A stretch of DNA of 64,000 nt, taken from the NCBI GenBank assembly GCA_964016885.1, contig OZ024746.1, forward strand, positions 89,094,001-89,158,000, in the 5' to 3' direction. This stretch comes from Eledone cirrhosa. Its lineage: Eukaryota. This document shows, piece after piece, positions 1 to 13,821 of this stretch; the stretch's first letter is position 1; the number at the start of each line of letters is the position of its first letter. The position numbers and the translations under genes are program-made. The notes beneath the pieces are model-generated. The model saw nothing but the letters and a program-made list of their open reading frames with translations. It did no database searches and was not told the DNA's origin.

Positions 1-158
1 CCTCCCCCAAATTGCTGGCCTTGTGCTTCTATAAGAAATCATTACAGGTCTTTCACAGGCTTTCAGGATTCAAAAGTCATTTGAGATCTAATGCTTGGAA
101 GGAACAAACAAAGTGCAAGAAGTGGTCAAGTTTTGTTTGGAGCAGACGACCTTCATAT

Positions 159-160
<2 letters not shown>

Positions 161-229
<69 letters not shown>

Positions 230-259
230 TCGCTCTCTCTCTCACTCTCTCTCCCTCTC

Positions 260-358
<99 letters not shown>

Positions 359-408
359 GTCTCTCTGTCTCTCGCTATCTCTCTCTATCTATCTACGTAC
401 CTATCTAG

Positions 409-470
<62 letters not shown>
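161..470. repeat. Compound microsatellite (CT)n-(CTAT)n-(TA)n
   Basis: Directly visible simple repeats. Confidence 0.97.
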
Positions 471-475
<5 letters not shown>

Positions 476-850
476 CTTCAAAATATTAATAAATATAGAC
501 ATTCATGTGATCAAATATATTTTATTATACATATTTCAGAGGTACTGAGCTATTTCAACAGTACGTCCTCATCAGATAAAATAAGTTGATGCCTGACATA
601 CCTTGACTCATAGTCAAGGTATATCAGGCATCAACTTATTTTATCTGATGAGGACGTACTGTTGAAATAGCTCAGTACCTCTGAAATATGTATAATAAAA
701 TATATTTGATCACATGAATGTCTATATTTATTAATATTTTGAAGTAATATTAATAACTCCAGAAAACCCACTGTAGAATGCTTCTAATCTATTGTGAAAC
801 TTTATCCATTGATTAATTCATTGAACCTTGTTAAACTTTTAATCATATAT
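470..850 (+). mobile_element. Fold-back Penelope pLTR-like element (arms 470-608 / 612-750 plus tail) with hammerhead
   Basis: 139-bp arms, 1 mismatch, 3-nt loop centred at 610, abutting (TA)n; same family as 18514-18950 and 20951-21396. Confidence 0.8.
637..702 (+). ncRNA. Type I hammerhead ribozyme (predicted)
   Basis: Stem I TATTTTAT(637-644)/ATAAAATA(695-702); core CTGATGA 645-651; weak stem II GAC/GTT; GAAA 664-667; stem III ATA/TAT; AUA site at 692-694. Confidence 0.65.
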
Positions 851-940
851 ATATATATTGGAAAATGTTATATTTATCTAAAGACATTTTTTCCAATTCC
901 AACCCGCCCGTCCCTTATATCTATTTTATTTCTCATTCTT

Positions 941-976
941 TCTTCTGATGAAGGACTAGCGTCCGAAACGTTAAGA
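941..976 (+). ncRNA. Minimal type I hammerhead ribozyme (Penelope-type)
   Basis: TCTT-CTGATGA-A-GGAC-tagc-GTCC-GAAAC-GTT-AAGA; palindromic helix III (AACGTT) typical of dimer-dependent PLE hammerheads. Confidence 0.75.
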
Positions 977-1057
977 CCCTCTTCCTGCTACTTTAAGCGT
1001 TAAAATCATATATTCCTTGTATATACTGTACCGATTGTGTTGTTATTTTTGTTTACC

Positions 1058-1112
<55 letters not shown>

Positions 1113-1132
1113 TATATATACCAACTCATAAT

Positions 1133-1222
1133 TGTTTCTACTATTGGCTCAAGGCCAGAAATTACCCAGTACATTACTGGTACTTTATTTTATCGACCTC
1201 GTAAGGATGAAAGCAAAAGTTA
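1133..1222 (-). mobile_element. 5'-truncated tRNA-derived SINE
   Basis: Matches the family 3' end; TSD ACCAACTCATAAT at 1120-1132 and 1223-1235. Confidence 0.8.
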
Positions 1223-1300
1223 ACCAACTCATAATATTATAATATTATAAAATAAAATCGAATTATGTAGAACTACAAGTCAAGTCATTCTTTTCCTTTT

Positions 1301-1345
<45 letters not shown>

Positions 1346-1817
1346 TAAACACTACCAATAAATAAGCACTAAACTTAAACACTAGAGGCGATATGATTGA
1401 TTAAAATGAAGGTGGTGTCCCAGCATGATCGCATTCACATGATTTAAACAAATTAAAAGGCTAAAAGAATAAAAGAATGGATTTGTGAGTGTGCGTGCGT
1501 GTGCGTCACTGCATATGTGTGTACATATATTTATGTGTTTGTACGTGTGTGATTGTTTGTGTGTGCATGTCTGACATTGTTTGTGTTTTTGTCAACGCTA
1601 AGTAATGACGGTCGTTGCGTGTATATGTTCCAAAATGTATCAGTTTGACAAAACGTGATTGAGAAAATAAGTATCAAATTTGAAATATAAATATAGGGTT
1701 AAACTAAACCCAAGTATGGCTGCAATCAAATGACTCAATCCAGTAGAAAAGAGTTACATATTAAATGAGAGATTGATGATGGATTAATGAACAGAAAATC
1801 AGACAGATGTATGAATA

Positions 1818-1946
1818 CGGCCCTTGCCATTCTGAGTTCAAATCCTGCCGAGGTTAACTTTGCCTTTCATCCTTACGGGGTCGATAAAATAAAGTACCAG
1901 TAATGTACTGGTTTTGCTGGCCTTGTGCCAAAATGTAGAAACAATT
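1818..1946 (+). mobile_element. tRNA-derived SINE
   Basis: B-box-like GAGTTCAAATCC, central CCTTTCATCCTTACGGGGTCGATAAAATAAAGTACCAG, tail GGCCTTGTGCC...AGAAACAATT. Confidence 0.85.
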
Positions 1947-2301
1947 CTATAGTGGAGAAAATACATCTTAAATGAGAGATTGATAGACGAATGAACAGAA
2001 AAGCAGACTGCTGCATGAATATTATATGGTTCAGATATTACATAATAAATGAGAGATTGATAAAAGAAAAGCAGACCGCCGTATGGGTAGAAAATGGTGG
2101 AGAAATGTAGAAGAAAGAGGAATGTGAGACGAACATATATGCTGTCAGTTGGTATACATATACTTTAATTATTGACTCCTGATCCCTGATCACTTTACTC
2201 CTAACGGGGTCGTAGAAGCATCGTCTTATCTTCGGAATTTAAAATCTGGCTACACCCATCCCTTTCTAGGTTCTATCATAGCCGATAAGTTATTTTTCTT
2301 C

Positions 2302-2383
<82 letters not shown>

Positions 2384-2456
2384 CATATATAAATATATAT
2401 ATAGAGAGAGAAAGAAAGTGAAAGAGAGAAAGAGAAAAAAGATATATATATATATG

Positions 2457-2602
2457 TAGTTAAAGAATGAAGAGTAACATAGTTGGCTGTACAATAAGGG
2501 GCTTTATTTAAAGTACTGACAATTGTTTCGTTGATCAGATAAGTCTAGAGTTCGTTAATCGCTTGAAGTTGCGTCACTCCAATACATTATTTACCTCTGG
2601 TA
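2457..2602 (-). mobile_element. Single-arm copy of the 41660-42087 pLTR-like family
   Basis: Near-identical to 41822-41970; flanked by (TA)n. Confidence 0.7.
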
Positions 2603-3559
2603 AATATATATATATATATAGAGAGAGAGATAGATATTTAGAGAGAGGGAGAGAGAGAAAGTATGACAGAGAAGAATCGATTCTTGCACTTGAGTGGTAC
2701 TTAAATTAACTGAAAGGCAAAAGAGGCATCAGTGGGGTTTGAACTGAGAGCGCAGATAGTTAGAACGAAGCATTCTATCCGAATTTTCCTGATTTTCCTA
2801 GTTCACTGCGTAGGAAATTCAGAGAAATAATGGAAAACACATATTTAGATAATTTCAATATGCGTATTGCCAGTTGGTATACCTATTATAAAATAGAATT
2901 CACAAGAATATATAAATACAAATAAGTAAAGTATAAAGAAAATACAAAGTGAGAATTATATAGAAAAATAGAAGAAATAAGGGAAACATCATCACGATTT
3001 CATTTCAACTATTGCTGATAGTTTATTATATATGTTGTAGACAATATACTTTCTATACAATACTAATGAAGGAAAAACAACATCGTCATATTTGCTATAC
3101 ATAATGTGTTTCTCGCCGATTCATTGTCTTGCTGACGTTGTCTGTAGCTGCTATTATTTCATTCGCTGAATATCTCTTATATTTTTCATTTACATGTGAT
3201 GTTTCCATTTTCTTTCATATTCTCAAAATTATGACGATGTTGTTGTCGTGTATTTCTGTATTTGGTTCTAGACATAATATATAAAAAAGAATTGTCATCA
3301 TTGTGATTGTTGTTGCTGTGACTGATGATGATGGAGTTCTATATAATTGGATTGATGTTGATATTAAAATTGTGCTTATTGTTGCCAGACTTCAATTTAT
3401 GAAGAGGTTGCCCCATTAACTGTATTCAGAAGCTTAGAGAAGCAAATAAACTGGAGATGAAAAGCAAGCTCCATGCGTATGTGTGCGCTACACACACACA
3501 CACCTATAAATATATATATATACATATGTATGAATATTTATACACACACACGCACACAA

Positions 3560-3630
<71 letters not shown>

Positions 3631-4186
3631 TGTATATGTATATATACATATATATGCATATACATATATAGAAATATACACAATAATAGTTGTATAAAAT
3701 GCTTGTACTCATATCTTTAAATACAATTCTCCCATTAATATAAATGAGTATAACATTAATAGATAATACACACACATATTTACACAAATACGTACACAAA
3801 CATGCACAAACAGACACACTTTTACACGCACGAACCTACACTCGCTCTTATACACACACACTTACACACATGTACACAAACTCTCTTACACACATACATA
3901 TTATTTTGTATAAAAAACAAAACAACTTACAGCCACTTGTAATTATAGAATGTTCACCTAGTTGTTGATCAGAACTATGCATACCGACACATAGAGAAGG
4001 TATCAACAGGTTCGAGAAATGATGGGGCGCCGCAAGTGTATAAATTATTCACTACGATATAAATTATTCACTACGATCTGTGATTCTAAAAAAACAAAAC
4101 AAAAGCAGATATTTCTAACAGTGACCCGAAATGTGACAACAAAGTGACGATAAAAGCATCAGAAACAACAAGAAAAACACCTAGAA

Positions 4187-4403
4187 TAATTGTTTCTTAT
4201 ATAGGAACAAGGCCAGCAATTTTGGGGGGAGGGGAAAGTCGATTAAATCGACCCCAGTGCGTGACTGGTATTTATTTTATCGACCCCGTAAGGATGAAAG
4301 GCAAAGTTAAACTCGGCGGGATTTGAACTCAGACCGTAAAGGGACGTAACTATGCTGGAAAGTATGGCGTCCGACCCTCTACCAATACTGCCAATTCACC
4401 GCC
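4187..4403 (-). mobile_element. tRNA-derived SINE, near full length
   Basis: Reverse complement of the family, including head GGCGGTGAATTGGCAGTA and the B box. Confidence 0.85.
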
Positions 4404-4635
4404 CTTCTTTAATAGTAATACACCGCCCTTACTTTAATAGTAATCCTCAACAATATGTCTAGCTTCTAAGACAGCAAATTAAGAGGTGGAAATAGGGTCT
4501 CTTATTCAATACTCAGCATATAAAATACTATGGCATATCTCTTAAACTAAGGCAGATGCGGCACATATGAGAGCATATTTTCAACAGTACTCAGTATGGC
4601 AATCTTGTCTGCGTATTGATTGCAACTGGGTCCTG

Positions 4636-5760
<1,125 letters not shown>

Positions 5761-6274
5761 TAGCAATGATAGGGAAAAGTTAACAATAGACTAAAAGTGA
5801 TTATGTCACAAGCTGTGATGCCCATCGTTCGCAATCTCCAGAGTGCCTCAAGGCATAAACTAACGAATGAAACCAAATCTTCAAAGATGTTCTTGAAACA
5901 ATACCAATTCAGAATACAAATGAAGCAAGAAATCTTCTACAGACTGCAGCAGTCGTCGTTGGAGAAATATTAGGCTACTAACCATGTGAACTCAAAACCC
6001 CCCCCAAAATTATGGAAGCCTGATAACAGCGAAGGATAGAAAATGACATTATAATTTTGCATAAAGATCGCAGCAGAATTGTCTGTTGGTATAGAACAGA
6101 GATTCTAAAAGTGGGCGCTACCCCACCCGCCCGGGGCTGGGGTAGTGGGCACTACAAAGGTTGGGGAGGGGAGGGCTAAAGGAGCGGTAGAGATCATATA
6201 ATAGTATATCAAATATCAAATGATATAGTAAAATAAAAATATATAAAATTTATTTATACGTAGTATATATTATA

Positions 6275-6723
6275 CTAGCAGAATGTCCCGGCGTTGCTCG
6301 GGATTCTAAACATAGATTGGCATGTTTATCCCTCCTTTCTGAAACAGTACAGAGAAGTACGGAATACCTCGGCCTGGGGATGGTCTCTACATTTTGTGCT
6401 TATAAAAAAAATTCGCCGTAGATTACCAGGGGTTTAACTTAATTGGGTGCCTGAGAGTAAAATGCTCAGCCCACGAAAGCACCCAATTAAGTTAAATCCC
6501 TGGTAATCTACGACGAATTCTTTTCATAAGCATAACATGTAGACACCATCCCCAGGCCGAGGTATTCCGTACTTCTGTTTACTGTTTCAGAATGGAGGGA
6601 TAATCATGCCAATCTATGTATGTTCTTATATATTTGATATATATTTATCCTTATCGAGCCTCGTGAAATAAATAACTTTCGTTTATATTTTGTTATTGTG
6701 TATCCAAAAATATCTGTACACGA

Positions 6724-6797
<74 letters not shown>

Positions 6798-6947
6798 TAA
6801 CAGATTAAAGTTTAAGCAAAGAATCGATGCTTTCACCCTTAACGGGATCTTCTGAAACTAAAAATTCAATCTGTGAACGCAGAAGTAAATATTTCGAAAA
6901 ACGTTACACACAGAGAGACAGACATCTTCTGTTTTATATATATATAG
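6275..6947 (-). mobile_element. Non-autonomous Helitron-like element
   Basis: On the minus strand it ends in CTAG, with a GC hairpin (TCCCG..CGGGA, 6286-6303) just inside; it begins CTATATATATATAAAACAGAAGATGTCTGTCTCT (canonical 5' TC not intact). Confidence 0.6.
6310..6619. repeat. Imperfect inverted repeat (6310-6450 / 6479-6619), probable pLTR fold-back
   Basis: ~140-bp arms; followed by a tail matching the reverse complement of 24330-24366. Confidence 0.75.
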
Positions 6948-7369
6948 TTTATTATTTATTATATATGAATTATTTAAAAATTAACTATTTTATTCATTAT
7001 ATAGTATTTACAATTTGCGTGTAGGTAGGTCTCTCTGGAAATGGGGATGGGGCGCTGAGGGTATTACGTGGCCGTTAGGGGGTTGTGGCCCCAAAAGTTT
7101 GAGAACCTCTGGCATAGAGTTATAAACAAAAAATGTTTCAGATTCCAACAGTTCAGAATATTTGAAAGCAATCAAAATGAGTTTTCAAAAGTCAATTGGG
7201 TGATAGTATTAATTAATGATTTACTAACTGATCGATCCACACGAAGCAATATCTTTCTATAGCGTCTTGTTGGATAAATGCCTACAAACAATAACGTAAA
7301 CACCGAGTTCACCACTGATATGGGAAGAGTTTGAATAGGTACCCAAACAGGACCCAGTTACAATCAATA

Positions 7370-7520
7370 GTGATTTCTATTATTGGGACAAAGCTAGCAA
7401 TTTGGGGGGAGGGGAAAGTAGATTAAATCAACCCCAGTGCATTACTGGTGGTTTATTTTATCGACCCCGTAAGGATGAAAGGCAAAGCTAACTTCGGCGG
7501 GATTTGAACTCAGATCGTAA
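7370..7520 (-). mobile_element. tRNA-derived SINE
   Basis: Reverse complement of the family consensus. Confidence 0.8.
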
Positions 7521-7645
7521 ATAATTATATGCTGCAAAGTATGTGACGATATCAATACAGAGGCTAAATGTTTGGATACATTTGGACGCCGATTCGAAAA
7601 CTAGCATCTGCTTTGTCTTATGAATTGCAATTAATTAAAAATCTG

Positions 7646-7767
7646 TTATGGCCATTCGGAGTTCAAATTCCGCCGAGGTTAACTTTGCCTTTCATCCTTA
7701 CGGGGTAAATAAAATAAAGTACCAGTAATGCACTTGTTAATTGCTGGCCTAGTGCCAAAAGTAGAAA
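7646..7767 (+). mobile_element. 5'-truncated SINE with 18-bp TSD
   Basis: CAATTAATTAAAAATCTG at 7628-7645 and 7768-7785. Confidence 0.85.
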
Positions 7768-7920
7768 CAATTAATTAAAAATCTGGTATTGTAATACTAA
7801 AATAACAATATACACTTGTTATTAAACCAACGACAGAGTGACGTATATGTTTCATTTGAACCAGGTAGAAAAAATACCGAGACACAAAAGGGAATGAGGT
7901 AGTGAGAGACACACTGAAAT

Positions 7921-8223
7921 CAGGGCCGGATTTAACGGGGAGGGGGCAATGGGAGCAACTGCCCAGGGCCCCTTGCAGTGGGGGTTCCGCACCAGCGATG
8001 GCCATAGCAATTTATTTGTGCCCTCAGCTGGGTTTTGTAGTTTTAGGATGTTTAGAATTTGAGAATTTAATACCTGTATGTATAACTGCTCCGAGCTAAC
8101 TTTGATGTGTAAAATTGGTGGTGATGGTGGTGGTGGGGGTGGAGGCGTTGCTGATTATTCTAATTTTTTGTGTATGCTGGGCCCCTCAAACCTGAAGTGT
8201 TCCAAGAACGAAATTCAACCCTG
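7921..8223. mobile_element. hAT-type MITE
   Basis: TIRs CAGGGCCGGATTT / AAATTCAACCCTG; 8-bp TSD ACTGAAAT / ACTGAGAT. Confidence 0.75.
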
Positions 8224-9724
8224 ACTGAGATCTAACATGCAAGTTATTTAGGATCCCTTACTGAAATGGTCTAAAGAGTTTCACCAACTGGAAATTTCTA
8301 TGTTCCATCAAGAATTCAAAGGTAAGGTCCGACAAAAAAAACAAAAAAAACAAAAAAAACAACAGTAAAAAAAACCCGAAGATAATTGAGAAAAAGGCAA
8401 AATAAAATCCGGCTGTACATCAAATTACCGCTATTAAAATGCCAACGACTGGTGAAAACTGGGTCCAATAGAAGTAAGGAATACATTATTGGGCAGCAAA
8501 GGTAGTGAATAGTTCAACGCATAAATCCCATTCCTACCCAAGTAGTTCAACATTAAATTTATACAAGACAGTTTGTTACGTAGTTTTCTGAATCACTTAC
8601 CGGGGTTCAACTTTAGATATTGCCTCGAAAACGTTTAAGAATATATCAATTGTGATTCAGTCATTACAATAAAATGAAATTCCTTAATACTTCTGAAAGG
8701 AATTGACACCTTATTTACAGATTAAAAGGCCATTAATATGGTTGAATAACCTGCAACGAGCCACTAATACGCTGTAAGCGAATCACTAAGCAATGTAATA
8801 TACCATGATTCAAACTATAGAATCACTCTCAAACTTAATGTAGCGGGAACAATTTTTCCCACATTAAGTAACCTACACTATGTGACTAAAGATCCCTTCA
8901 GTTTTCAACACAATATAAAAGTGAGTTTCAGTTACATGCATTAGATGCTCAATGATATTAAAGATCAGAATAGAAAATTTGTGCAAACAGACCAAAAACT
9001 AAAGCGAAGTATCTTGTGATATACGTATTATATTGTGTTAACATTACCACTAAAACATATCAACCAGCTTCATCGGACTTACAGTACTTTCATTATAAAA
9101 TCGCACAGTACAATCGAAATTTATTTAGTGATCGTGGGATAAAATAACGAGTGACAACTTAATATGAAAATACGATTTTTAGAAATAAATAAAGGTATAG
9201 AAGTATTTGCCTTACTAATAAAATATACTTGACTGGTTACGCCAACATACTTCAAAACGAAACAAATTAATCAGAGAAAGTGGGGCAGTTCACCCATTAA
9301 TTTCGCAGGTTTTTCACAATTGATATATATGATAAGTGATTTCTGCAGGAAACCTTGGACAAAGAGCGGGAATGTTGTATTAGAGAAGGTGCACACTGAA
9401 AGATCTAGGAGATTTGACACATTAGAATTGTCAGCAGGACGAGAGACGTGTGCCCAAATGAACATAGGTGTAAGGAGTATACTGAGAAGAAGTTCAGGGA
9501 TAGAAATGAACTACTCACCCACGTACAGGAAAAGTAGATTGGGCTTCACACGGAATGACTAGCAGTATTTGTTTCGACTATTTATATTTTGAGCGTTTAA
9601 TGTCTCGTTCGGCTTAATATCATTACTTGGTCCTCATTGTTAACAGTAGAACTTTCAGGAAAACATCTTCCTTTCTCATTAGTTTCAGAAAGAATTAAAG
9701 AGGATGGGCGCTCTCCTTGACATG

Positions 9725-10108
<384 letters not shown>

Positions 10109-10659
10109 GCAAAATCATCTACATGACGTTCTGAGTATTAATGTACAAATAAACATTAATGATTAACAAATAAGTTAAGGAAAAAAGTTTTGAAATCTAC
10201 TTTAAGCTAAACATTTCTAATCGACAGGGGAAAAAAATCGATGAGTTTTCTTTTTATTACTTGATGTCAACTTAAATTTAAAGAAATGTTTAGAAAGCGA
10301 TATTGAAAAAATAACTAACAGCAAGAAACTGAACATTATGAAAATAATTTAGCTATGTATGTATGTATGTATGTATGTATGTATGTATGTATGTATGTAT
10401 GTATGTATGTATGTATGTATGTATGTATGTATGTATGTATGTATGTTCTTCTGGTTTTATATTTTCACAAAGTTTTACCAATAGAGAGAGAGTTGGTTTC
10501 TAACATAGACACAAGACTCTCTCATCGGAATTTACACAACATCAACTAGGTAGATATGTATGCATGCATGCATGTGTAGATATGGATGTTATTGTATGTG
10601 TGGATGTGTATGTTTTGAGTTGTATGTGTGCATGTGTATATGCTTTGCATCTGTACATG

Positions 10660-12895
10660 TGTATATGCAGTTATTAGATGCAATATATTGGAATGCTTTA
10701 CATATTTTTACTGTTCCATTAATGAATTGTACTTGTAATTTCCTAACTAGTTGTGTTCTTTCTGTTCCTGTGAAGCCTGGCTTCTCAAGATTTGTATTGA
10801 GGCAGTTACTAACATATCCCAGTGCCCCAATAATCACAGGCATAAATCGGAAGGTGTAATCAGGGTGGAGTATCTGCAGATTTCTCATCAGTTCTGCATA
10901 AATATCCTCCTTTACACTAATCTTTGATATTATATTGGCATCTGCTGGGCAGCTAACTTCCACTACTGTGCATGCTGTCTTCTCCCTGTCCCATATCATA
11001 ATATCTGGTCCGTTATGCCTGCATTTTATTGGGGTTTTTCATGGAACATTCTACCAGTACTATTTCAGATTATGTACATGGATGTCTTCCACATTGCTGT
11101 AGCTTTTAATGTGTTTATTATCGGAGCTATCTTTTTTACGAACTGCATTGTACAGTGTTTTGGCCACTATATCATGCCTCATAGGTAGATAGTACCGCGA
11201 TGACATCTTTGGACAGCTGCTGATGACATGGGTGATATCCTCGATGTTAGTTCTGCAGAGTCTTCACTTGTTATCACATCTAGGTGTTTTGCCTGCATCC
11301 CTATCTCTTTTGTGAATCAGGTATTTCGCGTTAATCGTGGATTGCTTACTGCTTACGTTACAAGTAAAGGCAGTCTATGTCACTGTTGATGTGGAAGTTT
11401 CCGGTGTTGTTCAGTATTTTTCGAGTTCCAACATCAACTGCTCAGATTTCGTCTATCGTCCAATTGAGTATTCCAAACGTTGGTGTTAGGACAGGCACAG
11501 CAAACACATTGTGAGCCACTGTTTTGTTTTGCGCAGAGAGTTCCGATGACCAGATATTTCTTAATCGGGTGTAGTATTCCCTGGTTACGCGTTCTTTATT
11601 ACAGATACCATTCTAGGATATGTTCTCATCTATCCCCAGGTATCTGTAGCAGTCCTCATCAGATATCGGTGAAACAGTTAGACCATTGATGACAATGTTG
11701 CTAGATTGGGTTGTTGTTTTTCCCCGCTGTTGTTTTTAACCAGGCGTTGATTTGCCAAAACGTTGGGGTTTTTATCCGTCGTAAATATTCATCCCCTATT
11801 TCGTCAATAACACGTAGTATTTCATTATTTGATTTTTTATTCAACATTGTCGTTTTAACACGTTCAACAATGAGTTAACACGTTCAACATGAGTTAATTT
11901 CTCTCTGGAAGATTTCGTTGAGGGAAATTTTCAATTGTTTATACTTTTGATTATCATTATCGATAGTATTTTCCACAACAGTCGAGGTAGACTCGGATGG
12001 TACACGTGGTATCAAATTTCTTCGATTATTATTATTATTTCTTCGATTATTATTATTATCGATAGTGTTGTCCCCACCATTCGAGGTAGACTTAGATGGT
12101 ACAGTATTTTTCACAACAGTCGAGGTAGACTCGGATGGTACACGTGGTGTCAAATTTCTTCGATTATTACTATTATTTCTTCCATTATTATTATTATCGA
12201 TAGTCTTTTCCTCAGCATTCGTGGTAGACTTAGATGGTACACGTGGTGTCAAGTTTCTTACAGGCATAGTTGTTTGAAGACGCTGTTCGACCTGGCTGCT
12301 AGGAAGTCTAGTAGCATGGCGACCTGTAGCACGTGTTGTTGATAACATGTTTGTTGTGGGGGACTTACAATTAATAATATTTATCTTATTTTAACGTTCA
12401 ACAAACGTCGCTTGTTGGCGTAATTGTTTCGCTGTGAAATAAGTTAGCTCTGGGTGCATTTCGTCCCAGTGTAGCTTCATTCTATTCATATAGCCAATGG
12501 AGGGATTTTTTTTGCCATTTTATAACAATTAAATAAATCATTATTAAGTTCGCAACTCCAAGAGAAATGCGATTTATAATTTAGGTTTCTTCTGTAGCTA
12601 CAACTGAATAAAGTTTGATTACATTCCTTGTTATTTGTCTTCGGTACTTCCTTAATTTTTTTCTTGATGTTGTGTTCAGCCATGCTGTTTGTAATAAATC
12701 CTTGTAAGATAAATTATGTATTTAGTCGAATATCTCTACGAATTCGAATAAAAGGTGTCTTCAGAAGGTCATAGTTAGAAGAATAACCAGTTATTCAACC
12801 TGACTGTAGTTGTGGCATTACTGTCGGAGATAGTATTCATCTTGAATTTAATAAATAGTCTCCCACGCCGAAATATGCGTCTGATCGCTTTGACT
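10660..12895 (-). mobile_element. Internally deleted R4/Dong-like (REL endonuclease) non-LTR retrotransposon
   Basis: C-terminal CCHC (..RLCRTNIEDITHVISSC..RHD) and REL (RPDI.IWD..VEVSCP..PVIIGALG) at 10690-11300, joined to an N-terminal region with Asn-rich repeats (11884-12348); no RT seen; (TATG)n at the 5' end and TG/TATG-rich sequence at the 3' end. Confidence 0.75.
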
Positions 12896-12961
12896 TTGTA
12901 TGTATGTATGTATGTATGTATGTATGTATGTATGTATGTATGTATGTATGTATGTATGTAT

Positions 12962-13235
12962 GGTCACCAGTTGGTGCTACTGGTAACATGTATTCCAGTA
13001 CAACCTGTCTCATGGTCGGGTCGTTGGCGACTAAACTGGCAACCCCACCAAGGTTTCTTGGTGAGGAGGGTGACTTTGGACATCCTGCAGGACTAAAAAC
13101 AAAACCTGTCAAAGGGCAAAGGAGCTCTTAAGAGTCAATGGCCATCCAAAATCACCGGGAGAGATGACCCCTTAGCCTTTGTCAAGGCAGAATTCTAGGA
13201 GAAGGAAAACTCTGATATAACACCTGCGACTCTGA
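12962..13235 (+). mobile_element. RTE-like LINE 5' UTR fragment
   Basis: Structured GC-richer segment with CTAGGAGAAGGAAAACTCTGAT, recalled as typical of RTE 5' UTRs; starts at the end of (TATG)n. Confidence 0.4.
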
Positions 13236-13613
13236 TGGTATCCAATGATGTTGACTTGTTCTTCTTTTTGGTAAATATCATCTTGGTTAAGAGAGTGGGA
13301 CTGGCTTTGTGCAGTGCCTTTGCTCACTATAAAAGCTTCACGGCACAGGCATTGCTTTATATCTGGAGATCTCTCTGCACTTGTCGTCACATGGTACCAT
13401 GGGCCCAGCACTATGTGTCAATAATTGTCACAAGTGTAGTGTTTGTTCCAGAGTTTTCAAGTCGCTGGCTGGACTAAAAAGTCACACCCGTTCGGCGCAT
13501 CGGTAGGGGTTCTCCTATATGGATATAAAGTAGTGGCCGTACTCGAAAACGAGTTGGCAGCCACCAATGTATGTATGTATGTAGGTAGGTAGGTTTTACA
13601 CACACATACACAC

Positions 13614-13668
<55 letters not shown>

Positions 13669-13821
13669 ACTGTGTATTCATATGAAATATATAAATAAAT
13701 ATACATATATGTATATAATATAAAAACAATTTAATATTGTACGCGCATGTATGCATATATGTGTATTTATGTATGTTTTATATATATATATATATATAAA
13801 TAGATATACATATATATATAT

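Larger units (their letters stand above)
6097..7111. mobile_element. hAT (Charlie-like) MITE carrying nested insertions
   Basis: Imperfect TIRs CAGAGATTCTAAAAGT / AGTTTGAGAACCTCTG; degenerate 8-bp TSD GTATAGAA / GCATAGAG. Confidence 0.7.
5800..7200 (+). pseudogene. Decayed R4/Dong-like LINE fragment interrupted by a hAT MITE
   Basis: Remnants RRIENDI..LHKD.SRI (~6030-6080) and RFQQ.RIFESNQ (~7140-7175) resemble the pre-RT region of REL-LINEs. Confidence 0.45.
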
